A stretch of DNA of 64,000 nucleotides from Candidatus Binataceae bacterium (GCA_035262365.1 DATFSZ010000114.1:3951-67950); one strand, 5' to 3'; counted from the first letter of the stretch, positions 8,503 to 18,975 are shown. A program made the numbers and translations. Notes: generated from the sequence alone by a model not told the origin.

Positions 8503-11241
8503 ATGAAGAAGCTCTTCGTTATCTTTCTGCTGATTGTGGCGGGCGGTTCCTGGTCTTGCAGCGGCGATAGCGGCGGCAATACGCCCCTGGTAATCGCAAC
8601 GCCGTCAGCGACCGCGACCGCGACGCCGTCAGCGACCCCGACGCCCAACGTTTCGGGTGCATGCGCAACCTTGCCGTCGCCTTCCGCGCCAGGGTTTACA
8701 GCTCGCTTTAATCAGTTCGTCATACAGCTGTGCTACCAGAAGCAGAACTGGGAGCACGACGTGAATCGGCGCACCAGCCAGGGCCTTCATGCTCCTTTCG
8801 TGAAGCTGTGGTACTCGCCCTCGCTGTACAACTGGATGACCGTTCAGAAGCGAGTAGGACCGGTACCTGACGGCGCGATAGTCATCAAGGAAGAGTATGC
8901 CGATACAGATTTGACTTCCCCCATCCTCTTTTGGAGTGGGATGGTCAGGGATTCAAGCCTTTGGTGGGACGGATGGGATTGGGCGGTCGTTGGGAGCGAA
9001 ACCGGAGGCACACCGGCCCCGACGCCCACGCCTTCCGCCAATGGATGCGCCGCAGTGGTGTATCCGGTTAATGGCCCCACTAGTGTTAACTGTATAGGCT
9101 GCCACGCGTCGGCAATCTCAACCGCCCCCGGAAGCGGAACCTTCTCCACCACGAATTTTCCCTTGACCCCCTCGGCGGTCGGGCACGGATCGCCGGCTGA
9201 CTCGACGAACAGCTCGGCGGGCGCGGCCGCATCATTGCTTGCAAATGCGACGCTTCCGGCCTTCGCGCCGCAGTGGCAAACGCAAGCCCATCCGAATCCA
9301 GTATCGGGATTCACCAGCCGACTGCCGAGCTCGATATTTGCCAATGTAAGGATGCTCCCCGCCTCGACCACCACGGTACCCTGCATGGTGCCCCAGACGC
9401 AGGATTTAGTGGCCTCGAAACCTGCTAAGGTGGGCGGGCCTTCGCTGTTTGTTACTTCGAATCAATGCGCCAGTTGCCACGACGCTACCGACAACACGCC
9501 AAAGCCCACCCACATGCTTTATACGCCACCCGGATCATCGGCTCCGCTTAACCTCTCGACCGCCGGCGAATGGCAATATTCGATGATGGGGCTCTCGGGC
9601 CGCGATCCTATATTCTTCGCCCAACTGGATACCGAGTCGACCGTACATTCCAACCTCCAAGGCAAGCCCAACGCTCCCGGGTTCGTGCAGGATACGTGTT
9701 TATCCTGCCACGGAGTAATGGGACAGCGTCAATTCCACCTGGACAAAGGAAACGCACCTGATACGCTGTTCACCCGCGACCAACTGCAAGATCCCACCTC
9801 GCCATACGGAGCGCTGGCGCGTGATGGGGTCTCGTGCGCGGTTTGCCATCACATGTCAGACGATAAGCTGGACGATCCCTCTGTTTATACGGGGAAATTT
9901 AACGTCGGCCCTGCCGACGTAGTCTATGGTCCCTATCCCTCCGGCGATTCCGACGTGAAGGTCGGCGACAATGTAATTCCGCGGCCGATGAAAAACTCTG
10001 TGGGAATAGTACCGGTATTTGGAGCTCAGGTCGGGCAGGCAAAACTGTGCGCCTCTTGCCACACGATCGTGCTCCCGGTCTATGACGCCGACGGCCATCA
10101 GGTCATTGAGCATGGAGTTCCCAAGACCGACTTCGAGCAGACCACATACCTCGAGTGGCTCAACAGCTCCTTCGTTAAGCAACCGTGCCAGGACTGCCAT
10201 ATGCCTGATAATTTCAAGGGCGCGAAGCTGGAGTTCCAAGTCGCCAATATCGAGGACAGCACATTCCCAGTGGTACCAGACATTGGTCCACCAACATCGT
10301 TGCCGCCTGATCAATTGATTCTCCAGACCCGTACATTCTATGCGCGTCATCAACTCAGCGGCATCAACCCCTTCGCACTTGAAATGTTCGATCAGTTTCA
10401 GGCCGATCTGGGCGTGTACTACCAAGATGGGCTGTTACCGCCGGACCTGCGGAGTACACTCTTCGCCCAGAAAAATGCGGTAGCGGCAGCGGTCAATCAG
10501 GCGCAGACCATGACCTCCCAGGTGACAGTCGACGCCGTAACCAAAAACGACGGACAGCTTATAGCGGACATCCGCGTCCAGAATCTTGCCGGTCATAACT
10601 TCCCCTCGGGAGTGAGCTTCCGCCGCGCATTCCTGGATTTCCGGGTGCTCAACGCTGATGGGCACGTTCTGTGGGAATCCGGCGGCACCAATGGTGACGG
10701 TGTGATCACCGACACGGTCGGCAACCCACTGCTTACCGAATTCTTCAGTCCGTCCCAGCAGACCTTTCAACCGCACTTCTGGACTGGCAATCCGATTACC
10801 AGCGACAAGCAGGTGGAGATCTACGAGGAGATGGTACGTGATCCTCAGGGACAATTGACCACCAGTTTCCTCAGTCTCGATAACAAGGTTAAGGACAACC
10901 GAATTCAGCCTAAAGGAAGGTCTTCCACCGGCCCCAACGCCGATATTCTTGTTCCGGTGGGCACCGGCGCTGACCCCAGCTATAAAGAAGGATGCGGCTG
11001 CAGCGTGGTGCGTTACCAGCTACCGCTCACGGGAGAACTCACGAACGCGGCGCAAGTCCAGGCCACTCTGTATTATCAGAGCATTCCTCCTTACTATCTG
11101 CGCCAGCGCGCCCAGGACGCCAGTGGCCCGGACACTGCGAGACTGGTCAAGTTCACGAACGAGTTGGACGTGAATAAATACACTGAGATTTCCAACTGGA
11201 AACTAAAAATCGCCAGCTCCGGCCCTGTCGATATAAAGTAA
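8503..11241 (+). CDS. six-haem c-type cytochrome lipoprotein
   Basis: Track ORF 8419..11241. I prefer the ATG at 8503 (MKKLFVIFLLIVAGGSWSC, signal/lipobox-like). A PSATATATPSATPTP linker follows. There are six CxxCH motifs: CIGCH, CASCH, CLSCH, CAVCH, CASCH and CQDCH. Confidence 0.8.
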   Translation: MKKLFVIFLLIVAGGSWSCSGDSGGNTPLVIATPSATATATPSATPTPNVSGACATLPSPSAPGFTARFNQFVIQLCYQKQNWEHDVNRRTSQGLHAPFVKLWYSPSLYNWMTVQKRVGPVPDGAIVIKEEYADTDLTSPILFWSGMVRDSSLWWDGWDWAVVGSETGGTPAPTPTPSANGCAAVVYPVNGPTSVNCIGCHASAISTAPGSGTFSTTNFPLTPSAVGHGSPADSTNSSAGAAASLLANATLPAFAPQWQTQAHPNPVSGFTSRLPSSIFANVRMLPASTTTVPCMVPQTQDLVASKPAKVGGPSLFVTSNQCASCHDATDNTPKPTHMLYTPPGSSAPLNLSTAGEWQYSMMGLSGRDPIFFAQLDTESTVHSNLQGKPNAPGFVQDTCLSCHGVMGQRQFHLDKGNAPDTLFTRDQLQDPTSPYGALARDGVSCAVCHHMSDDKLDDPSVYTGKFNVGPADVVYGPYPSGDSDVKVGDNVIPRPMKNSVGIVPVFGAQVGQAKLCASCHTIVLPVYDADGHQVIEHGVPKTDFEQTTYLEWLNSSFVKQPCQDCHMPDNFKGAKLEFQVANIEDSTFPVVPDIGPPTSLPPDQLILQTRTFYARHQLSGINPFALEMFDQFQADLGVYYQDGLLPPDLRSTLFAQKNAVAAAVNQAQTMTSQVTVDAVTKNDGQLIADIRVQNLAGHNFPSGVSFRRAFLDFRVLNADGHVLWESGGTNGDGVITDTVGNPLLTEFFSPSQQTFQPHFWTGNPITSDKQVEIYEEMVRDPQGQLTTSFLSLDNKVKDNRIQPKGRSSTGPNADILVPVGTGADPSYKEGCGCSVVRYQLPLTGELTNAAQVQATLYYQSIPPYYLRQRAQDASGPDTARLVKFTNELDVNKYTEISNWKLKIASSGPVDIK

Positions 11242-11846
11242 GCGAAGTCGGATTGCGGTAAAGCGAAGCAGTTTACCCGGCATTCTGCGCACGCGGCACG
11301 ACAGAACGGCTGAACGGCCACTGTGACAGCCAATGCGATGAAATGCCGGCGCCCAGTTCGGTCGGCCGGTTCCAGAGACTCGTCTTCGAGATTCGCTGAT
11401 GCTCAGCTTAGGCGATAGTTTTATCCAGCCTAGTCAGGGAAATTGTGCCGCCACTTAGGCTCGAGGGGCTGAAGATAACATCGCTTAAGAATAGCTTGTC
11501 CCCACCTGAAACAACTTTGGCAGCAAGATCACTGTGTCGATTTTTGGTTGGGAAAGATCTGGAAGGTCAGGCCTCTTAGAGGACAAGACAGCTGAAAGAA
11601 AGCTTCAAGCCATTATTTGATGTCCGCAACGTAATAGGCCTATCTTTTAGAAACTCAGCGACGATCTAGTCAATCGCATAAACTCTAGCGCATCACACGA
11701 AGAGCGCGCGTTCGGAGCAAGTGATGCTCCGCTTCTATAAACCTCTCCCTGCGTGACGTCTTTCTTAAACGAAAAGCGGTACTTTGCGGCGCGATGGATC
11801 GATATGCGTCATTATTATAGCGAACCATTTTGTGTAGGGGACGGTC

Positions 11847-12524
11847 ATGCGCGGAAGTACCCAATCGAACCTCATTTCCAGAGCCTGGTTTTGCGTGGTG
11901 GCAGGTATTCTATTGTTGACCGGCTCGTCGAGCGCCACTGCCTTCGGCCCAAACGATGATCTTCCACCGATGACCAAGGTCGTATCCGTGGAAGGCGGAT
12001 GGACACATTTCAGCACGGGCCGGCTGGCTGGCAACTACCTCAATGCCTGGAATGTTGGTGCTAGTTTATCGCTGCTACCATTTGGAGTGATCCATAATGA
12101 GAGGTTTTTGCACGGCGCGCTGGACGGCGCTTTGGAAATGGGATTGCAGCCGGCATTTGAGCGCTTCAATACCGTCCATCAGAATTTCGCCGGCGTCCTG
12201 TTCAAGCTGAGATATTACCTGTTCGGGCTCAGCTATGGGCCATTCGTGCCCTGGATTGGCGGCTCAATTGGTCCCGGCTATTCCGACCTCAATATCGGCC
12301 GCGTGCACGACGATAATAAATTGAAGGGTCCTTTTATGGCCGTGATTCTCGGCGAAGTGGGCGTTGCGTACTTTCTCGAACCGCAAAAAGCGTTCTACGT
12401 TGGACTTGAGGCGCAGCACGTGTCGAATGGCGGCTTGAACGGAAGCGAAGCCGAATTGACCACCAACGCCAGCATCAACACACCGTGGGGAATGGTCATA
12501 GGCTTCTCCTGGTTCTTCCGCTGA
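11847..12524 (+). CDS. outer-membrane acyloxyacyl hydrolase, PagL-like lipid A deacylase family
   Basis: It has a signal peptide, alternating beta-barrel-like sequence and a C-terminal GFSWFFR. The HVSNGG motif matches the PagL catalytic H-x-S-N. Confidence 0.55.
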   Translation: MRGSTQSNLISRAWFCVVAGILLLTGSSSATAFGPNDDLPPMTKVVSVEGGWTHFSTGRLAGNYLNAWNVGASLSLLPFGVIHNERFLHGALDGALEMGLQPAFERFNTVHQNFAGVLFKLRYYLFGLSYGPFVPWIGGSIGPGYSDLNIGRVHDDNKLKGPFMAVILGEVGVAYFLEPQKAFYVGLEAQHVSNGGLNGSEAELTTNASINTPWGMVIGFSWFFR

Positions 12525-12893
12525 AACGCTCTTTCATAGTGGGGTGGGTCTCGTTAAACGAGCGGCGGGAGGCACTCGCTCAGTTCCGATCGCTGTTTGT
12601 CCCACCCAGGTTAACAAATAAGTAGGAGACGCTGTCCCAGGCGTTGTGAATGCCCACGAAGAGCAACAGCAGCGCAAGCGGCTCCGACGCCAAACAGAGC
12701 CTCGCGTGTACGGGAGGGAGCCGCCGTTGCAGACAGCGTACCCGCCGCCCTATCGTACCGACCAAACCGTAAGTCACAGTTCCTGGCGCTTGGGCCGGAA
12801 CACGATCTCGGCCGACTGAAGATCGCTTCAATGAACGATGTTAAATGAGAGTGCCTTCTCCCGATGGCCTCTCCACCGACTCGACTGGCGCGA

Positions 12894-13826
12894 TTAGGAA
12901 GCGAAGCGATGCTTCAGCCAGACAGACACTTCCTCCATCGCTTTTTTCGATTTGTCCAGCACGGCTTGCATTCCGAAGAACCCGTGATGCACGCCCTCGT
13001 AGCGCGTAACCTGAGCGGGCACGCCGGCTTCGGCCAGGCGTTTACCATAGTGCTCCCCTTCGTCGCGCAGGACGTCCAATCCGGCGGTGATAATCAACGC
13101 CGGAGGCAGCCCGCTCAAATCTTTCGCGCGCACCGGCGACGCGTAGGGATTATCGGCTTCGGCCTCGTCATTGAGGTAATGACCCCAGTACCATCTCATC
13201 CCCGCCGCCGTGAGGCCGTAGCCCTGGCCGTTCTCCACATAAGAGGGATAGCCGGGTTTGGGATAATCGATGACTGGAACGATCATCAGTTGGCCGCACA
13301 AAGCTGGACCTCCGCGGTCACGGGCCATCATCGCGGTCACCGCGACCAGATTTCCGCCTGCGCTATCTCCGGCCAAAACGATATGCGCCGCGTCGGCGTG
13401 AAGCTCATCGGCATGCGCCGCGGCCCACTTGGTGGCCGCATAACAGTCCTCGGGCGCTGCCGGAAACTTGTTTTCGGGCGCCAAGCGATAATCGACCGAT
13501 ACCACGACGCATCCCGCCGCGTTGCAGTAATTGCGGCATCCCCGATCGTGCGTGTCGAGGCTGCACATAACGAAACCGCTGCCATGAAAGTACATCATCA
13601 GGGGGAACGGCCCCGTGCCGTCGGGCGTGTATATCCGCACCGGCAATTCGCCGCCCGGTCCTGGGATTACCCGGTTGACCACGGACGCGACCGGAAGCGC
13701 GGGCGCCCTGCCGGCCGCGTTGTATTGCGTAGCCAGAGCACGCGCCTGCTCGACGGACAGGGTCTCGAATCGCGGTAGTTTGAGCAATTCATCCAGTATC
13801 GGTTTGAGCTGCGGGTCCACTGGCAT
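12894..13826 (-). CDS. alpha/beta hydrolase, family IV (HSL-type) esterase/lipase
   Basis: HGSGF oxyanion-hole motif and GDSAGGNL nucleophile elbow, in a 310-aa ORF. Confidence 0.85.
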   Translation of the reverse strand: MPVDPQLKPILDELLKLPRFETLSVEQARALATQYNAAGRAPALPVASVVNRVIPGPGGELPVRIYTPDGTGPFPLMMYFHGSGFVMCSLDTHDRGCRNYCNAAGCVVVSVDYRLAPENKFPAAPEDCYAATKWAAAHADELHADAAHIVLAGDSAGGNLVAVTAMMARDRGGPALCGQLMIVPVIDYPKPGYPSYVENGQGYGLTAAGMRWYWGHYLNDEAEADNPYASPVRAKDLSGLPPALIITAGLDVLRDEGEHYGKRLAEAGVPAQVTRYEGVHHGFFGMQAVLDKSKKAMEEVSVWLKHRFAS

Positions 13827-14029
13827 GAAGGTGCCTCCTTGTATCTGTACCGATGCGGCTCCCGGCCTACCGGCGCCGCCTGGCTTGTTTCACGGTGTAC
13901 CAATCTAGCGCGGCGCCACTTGCCAAGCATGCGGGGTTAGAGCGTCATGGGGTGGAAGATGGAAAAGCGTTCAGGGCAGGGGGAAAGATTCTGCTAGACT
14001 CCCACTGGCGATTTTCGAAAGGAGCGATC

Positions 14030-14464
14030 GTGATGGCCAACCCCGATGACTTAGCCGCTGAGATGCATGCCTTCTATCCCCGCTACATCGATTCGTTCAA
14101 CGGCGACGATCACGCCGCGTATGCCGCGAACTTTTCGTTTCCCTGCGTCCTGCTCGGGGGCAAGCAGGCAGTGAGCGTCGTCAACGACGCGGCCACGTGG
14201 ATCACCATGATGGCGAATACCAAAGCGATCATGAGAAGCAAGGGTTGGGACCACACCGGAATCGAAAAGACCTACGCGTGGCCCACTGCTCCCGATATGG
14301 GTCTGCTGATGTCGGACTTCTTGCGTTACCGCAGCGATGGCAGTGTGCTGATGCGCGGCCGCGCCTGCTATACGTTGCGCCGCGAGCACGGCCGACTGAA
14401 AATCATCGCGATGATGGAAGTGGCCCCTCCGATGCTCGGACCCGGCGATATCCCGCGGCCCTAG
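14030..14464 (+). CDS. small NTF2/SnoaL-like hypothetical protein
   Basis: Track ORF 13853..14464. GAAAGGAG precedes the GTG at 14030 and the ATG at 14033 (V-MANPDDLAAEMHAFYPRYIDSFNGDD). The fold assignment rests on composition and length only. Confidence 0.4.
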   Translation: MMANPDDLAAEMHAFYPRYIDSFNGDDHAAYAANFSFPCVLLGGKQAVSVVNDAATWITMMANTKAIMRSKGWDHTGIEKTYAWPTAPDMGLLMSDFLRYRSDGSVLMRGRACYTLRREHGRLKIIAMMEVAPPMLGPGDIPRP

Positions 14465-14804
14465 CAAGGGTTCTCAAAGCGGGCATGGACGCCCGTCTCA
14501 CTTTGTTCCGGTTTACGGTCAAGGCTGAATCGGCCCATTCCCTTGACGGCGGCCCATTGTCACATGGTTGAGCAGGCAGATAAGCTTGAAGTCTCAGCTC
14601 GGCCGCTTGAACGGGACGCTGGCTGAAAATTCGCCTCCAAGGGCTGACCGGATTACCGGAAGCTCCGAGAAGAGCTTTCGGTGGACAAAAAATTTCTCAA
14701 AATAGCCCCTAAATCCTCGCCGCGTGCCATAAAGTTCGCCGCACGCTGCAACCGCCGCGATTTATCTAGCCGCGATCGTCAGAGTTTCAAATAGGATCTT
14801 ATGT

Positions 14805-16244
14805 ATGACCGCCATTTTTGAAACTGGAATTTTTCAAACGGTCGCAGCCACATCCCCGCTTGTGGAGCTGAACAACCGCGCTAGGACGGTCGCAATCGTA
14901 GGCGGCGGCGCCAGCGGCGCGTTGGTTGCCGTCGGACTGATGAAAGCCGCCGCCAAGCCGCTGAACGTTATCATTATTGAGCCTTCCGCGAAGCTCGGGC
15001 GCGGGATTGCTTATGCAACGACCTGCCCAATGCACCTGCTAAACGTGCCCGCCGGCGCAATGAGCGCTTATCCCGATGCGCCGGACCACTTTGTGAATTG
15101 GCTGCGGGAAAATGTCGATGCGGCGCTGACCCCAGAATCCTTCGTGGAGAGGCGTCTGTACGGAGATTATATCGAGAGCGAGTTGCGGCAAGCCGAAATC
15201 GCCACGACGCCGCGGGTGCGTTTGCGCCATGTCCTGGATTGGGTGAAGGCAGCACGATGCAATGAACACGGGGCCGTTCTCGAGCTGGCCGGTGGCGCGC
15301 GCATCGCCGCGCACAGTGTCGTTTTGGCTCTCGGAAACCCGCCGCCATCAAATCCGATTCGCGGGGCCGGCGCTGATACTGTACGGACTGCATGGCCCGC
15401 GCCTCGCGGCTACCAAGTTCAAAAGCAGGATTCAGTCCTGCTGATTGGCTCAGGTCTGACCGCGGTTGACGCAGCGCTGTCTCTCAACTACTTCGGTCAT
15501 CGAGGCAAGATCCACATGGTGTCGCGCCATGGCCTCTGGCCGCTGATTCATCCCGAATATGGTGCGCCGCTGCGGAGCTTTACCAACGTTGACGATCTGA
15601 CAAGGTCGGTGCGCCGTCTGACCGCTGCTCTACGGTTCGACGCGGCGAGTGTGACGGATGACGGTGGTTCGTGGTGCAGTATTGTGGACGGGCTGAGAGC
15701 CTGCACCAGCGAAATCTGGAAGCGGCTTGATTCGGCTGAAAGGCGCAGGTTCCTGAGCCATCTGCAACCTTATTGGGACATTCACCGCCATCGGATGGCG
15801 CCCGAGGTGGCGCGGCGGTTCGCCGCGATGTGCTGCGAAGGCCGGGTTGTTTTACACGCGGGCAGGATTGTGGAGACCGCGCAGGCCCCGAATGGATTGA
15901 TGCGCGTCATCGTCAAAGCGCGCGGGCGCCGCGAAACGCTGATGCTCGAGGTCGCGCGGATAATCAACTGCACCGGTCCCCAAACCGATTATCGCGCGAT
16001 CGCTCAGCCGCTGATTCACGATCTGTTCGCTCAGGGTGTCGCTGCCCAGGACGAACTCAAACTTGGGCTTTTAACGGGACCCGATGGCGCGCTGCTCGGC
16101 GAGGACGGGCTCGCGTCGCGGACCTTTTTTACTCTCGGCCCCCCGCGCAAAGGCACTCTGTGGGAGACCACCGCGATGCCCGAAATCAGGCTGCAAGCGT
16201 CGGTTCTGGCGCGCCGTCTGCTTGGGGATGGCGACGACTGCTAG
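14805..16244 (+). CDS. FAD/NAD(P)-binding oxidoreductase-like protein
   Basis: N-terminal dinucleotide-binding motif VAIVGGGASGALVAVGL and a second LLIGSGLTAVD motif, in a 479-aa ORF. Confidence 0.7.
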   Translation: MTAIFETGIFQTVAATSPLVELNNRARTVAIVGGGASGALVAVGLMKAAAKPLNVIIIEPSAKLGRGIAYATTCPMHLLNVPAGAMSAYPDAPDHFVNWLRENVDAALTPESFVERRLYGDYIESELRQAEIATTPRVRLRHVLDWVKAARCNEHGAVLELAGGARIAAHSVVLALGNPPPSNPIRGAGADTVRTAWPAPRGYQVQKQDSVLLIGSGLTAVDAALSLNYFGHRGKIHMVSRHGLWPLIHPEYGAPLRSFTNVDDLTRSVRRLTAALRFDAASVTDDGGSWCSIVDGLRACTSEIWKRLDSAERRRFLSHLQPYWDIHRHRMAPEVARRFAAMCCEGRVVLHAGRIVETAQAPNGLMRVIVKARGRRETLMLEVARIINCTGPQTDYRAIAQPLIHDLFAQGVAAQDELKLGLLTGPDGALLGEDGLASRTFFTLGPPRKGTLWETTAMPEIRLQASVLARRLLGDGDDC

Positions 16245-17539
16245 GGGATATGCGGCGCATACTCCGTGCCGATATGGCCCTGTGCTTCCAGTTCCTCGTA
16301 CTCTCGATCGGAGTATCCGAGCAACTCCTTGTAAATGTATTCATTATGTTCGCCGAGGCGCACCGGCGGATATCGGATCTCGACAGGGGTTGAAGACAGC
16401 TTCCAGGCCGGGCCCGGATAAAGGTGTTCTCCGCAATCGGCCTGCCTGAGCCGGACGAAGAAGCCGCGCGCCTGCAGATGCGGATCTGCGTAAGCATCGG
16501 CGTCGTCCAGCACCGGGCCCGCGGGAACACCGTGGGACTGCAAGATGGCGGCCGCCTCTCGATGCCCGTGTTGCAACGTCCAGCTCTCGATCAGGGGATC
16601 GAGCGCGTCCTGATTGCGGATGCGTTCGCAAACCGTGGCGAACCGCGGATCGTGAGACCACGGCGGATTCCCCGCCGCATCGCGGAAGCCCCGCCAATGT
16701 TCGTCGGTCGCGATGGTGATTGCGACCCAGCGGTCGTCGCCGCGGCAGCGGTAGGCGCCCTGGGCCGCGTCGGGATCGCGATTTCCGAGGCTCTCCTGAA
16801 CGCGGCCGTTCATCGTGTAGTCCATCACGATATGCCCAATGTCGTTGAGGAACGTCTCGACCATCGAGATGTCAACCAGTTCTCCTCGTCCTGTGCGCCG
16901 GCGCCGGATGAGCGCGATCATGCAACCCATCGCGGCCGATAGCCCGCCGGCGTGGTCGGAAGACACAGCCCACGAATTATGACTCGGGTCGCGATCGCGA
17001 TAGCGGCGCAACAGGTCGTGACCGCAAAACGATTCGGTCTGAAGACCAAAGGCGCGGTAGTCGCGATAGGGTCCGGTCTGGCCAAAAGAGGAGAGGCGTA
17101 CGAACACGATGTCGGGTTTTATGCCGCGCAGCCATTCGTAGGTTATACCCATCCGCTCCAGGGAACTGGGCGTGTTGTTTTCCATTACCGCGTCGCTGAT
17201 CCGGACCAGGCGGCCAAACACCTCAAGTCCTGACGGCTTGCGCAGATCGATGGTCATCCCCAGTTTGTTGCGGGCCATGTAATTGAAAAATGGATAGCGG
17301 TTCCAGGGGCGCTCGCCGGGATCGCGGTTGGGATATCCACCCGACGTGGTTATCCATTGCCGTGCCATTTCACGGGTGGGACGTGCGAGCACCCCGCGCG
17401 TTTGATTGGGAAAAACCTGGGTGGTCTCGACGCGAATAACCTCCGCGCCCATGTCCGCCAGCACCATCGTGCTATAGGGCATCGCCGCGACCAGACCAAG
17501 GTCAATGATTCGAATCCCTTCCAGCGGCAACGGCGTCAT
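16241..17539 (-). CDS. family III CoA-transferase (CaiB/BaiF type)
   Basis: The N-terminus LEGIRIIDLGLVAAMPYSTMVLADMGAEVIRVE is typical of the family. 432 aa. Confidence 0.85.
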   Translation of the reverse strand: MTPLPLEGIRIIDLGLVAAMPYSTMVLADMGAEVIRVETTQVFPNQTRGVLARPTREMARQWITTSGGYPNRDPGERPWNRYPFFNYMARNKLGMTIDLRKPSGLEVFGRLVRISDAVMENNTPSSLERMGITYEWLRGIKPDIVFVRLSSFGQTGPYRDYRAFGLQTESFCGHDLLRRYRDRDPSHNSWAVSSDHAGGLSAAMGCMIALIRRRRTGRGELVDISMVETFLNDIGHIVMDYTMNGRVQESLGNRDPDAAQGAYRCRGDDRWVAITIATDEHWRGFRDAAGNPPWSHDPRFATVCERIRNQDALDPLIESWTLQHGHREAAAILQSHGVPAGPVLDDADAYADPHLQARGFFVRLRQADCGEHLYPGPAWKLSSTPVEIRYPPVRLGEHNEYIYKELLGYSDREYEELEAQGHIGTEYAPHIP

Positions 17540-17562
17540 GAGAGTAGCCTCCGGCTGCGCCT

Positions 17563-18774
17563 TCAGATCACCGCGGCGGCGCTGAGCGCGGCAAGGTCTT
17601 CGGGCCCGTAACCCAACTGGCCGAGAACTTCCGCATTGTGCTGCCCGAGCAAGGGGGCAGAGCGGCGAATGACATAGGAATTCTCATTCATTTTCAATGG
17701 CGCCCCCGGATAGCTGAGGCGGCCCGCAACCGGATGGTCAATCGGGACAAAGAAGTTTCGTTCCATCAACTGTTTGTCGTCGACCAAATCAGCGACTGTG
17801 TTGAGCGGTGCGCACGGCAGACCTCCGGCTTGGAACCGGTCGCATAGCTCGCGTTTGGTGCGTGCCATGCACCATGGGATCCAATAACTGTTGAACCGGT
17901 CGCTGGACGCGCGGTCACGTAGCGGCGGTCGAAAGCCGGGATCCTTGATCCAGTCTTCATCGACCGCCTGAACAAACTCGTCCCACCGGCTTATACCCAC
18001 CGAAATCTCAAACAAGCCATCCGCGCATGAATTTAAAAAGGGCGGCGGGTCGAGGCCCTGGACGGCGGGCTTGCGCTGCAGCCGATCGCCGCAATACTGA
18101 TAGGCAACCAACGCCACGCCGCGCCGGTCCGGTGCAGCAGCCAACGTCTCCATGATCGACAAATCGACCTGCTGGCCAACCCCGGAAAGCTGTGCGCCGT
18201 AATAGACGCACAACGTGGCGACGGCGGCTGCCTGGCCGGCCAGGTGAAGGTTCAGCTTGTTGGCCATCGTGGCGGGCTCGGCATCGGGTGCCCCGGTGCC
18301 CCACATCTCATGGCCCATCGCATAAAGGACCAGCTCCGAGGCGTTCCAGTCCCGATACGGGCCGGTCTGGCCGAAGTTGCTGATCGAGGTCATTACCAGC
18401 CCCGGATTGATCTCCTTGAGCCGCTCGTAACCGAGACCGAAGGACGTCATCGCACCCGCTCGAAAGTTTTCTACAAGGATGTCCGCCGATCGCGCCAGCC
18501 TCAGAAATATTGCCCGGCCCGTATCGCACTTGAGATTCAAGGTGATGCTTCGTTTGTTGGTGTTGAGATGCAAAAACAATCCGCTGCGCTCGGGATGGGG
18601 CACATCGCCTGCAAACGGCCCAAGCCAGCGGGCCGGGTCGCCGCGCCCCGGCTGCTCGATCTTCACGACATCGGCACCGTAATCGCCTAAAAGCTTGGTG
18701 CAGAATGGACCAGCCACGTGACGGGTCAAGTCAAGGACCCGCACTCCTTGCAGTGTCTGGGTTGCCGTATCCAC
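17563..18774 (-). CDS. family III CoA-transferase (CaiB/BaiF type), paralogue of the preceding gene
   Basis: N-terminus LQGVRVLDLTRHVAGPFCTKLLGDYGADVVKIEQP. 403 aa. Confidence 0.85.
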   Translation of the reverse strand: MDTATQTLQGVRVLDLTRHVAGPFCTKLLGDYGADVVKIEQPGRGDPARWLGPFAGDVPHPERSGLFLHLNTNKRSITLNLKCDTGRAIFLRLARSADILVENFRAGAMTSFGLGYERLKEINPGLVMTSISNFGQTGPYRDWNASELVLYAMGHEMWGTGAPDAEPATMANKLNLHLAGQAAAVATLCVYYGAQLSGVGQQVDLSIMETLAAAPDRRGVALVAYQYCGDRLQRKPAVQGLDPPPFLNSCADGLFEISVGISRWDEFVQAVDEDWIKDPGFRPPLRDRASSDRFNSYWIPWCMARTKRELCDRFQAGGLPCAPLNTVADLVDDKQLMERNFFVPIDHPVAGRLSYPGAPLKMNENSYVIRRSAPLLGQHNAEVLGQLGYGPEDLAALSAAAVI

Positions 18775-18975
18775 GATCCTGCACCTCGCGTAGCCGCACG
18801 CATCACGCAGCGCACGCGGCCGTAGGCTCTTTGTAGCGCAGTTCCGATGCAGTTGCGCAACCCCAGGATCGGGAGCAGTCGAGGCGGCAAATCGAAAAGA
18901 GCCGATAGCAGACAGGATCTAATCTTGGATCGGTGCGCGTACACCCGAATGCTTATCTACCATAATGCTGCGCCT

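Noticed and set aside
8595-8645. Short tandem nucleotide repeat (ccgtcagcgacc...gcgacc...) that might look like a repeat array.
   Set aside because: It is in frame inside the cytochrome gene and encodes the PSATATATPSATPTP lipoprotein linker. It has no spacer structure and is not a CRISPR array.
12580-12831. 83-aa minus-strand ORF with a hydrophobic C-terminal stretch, lying between convergent genes.
   Set aside because: It has no recognisable motif. The N-terminal half is Arg-rich nonsense-like sequence, so it is probably spurious or a relic.
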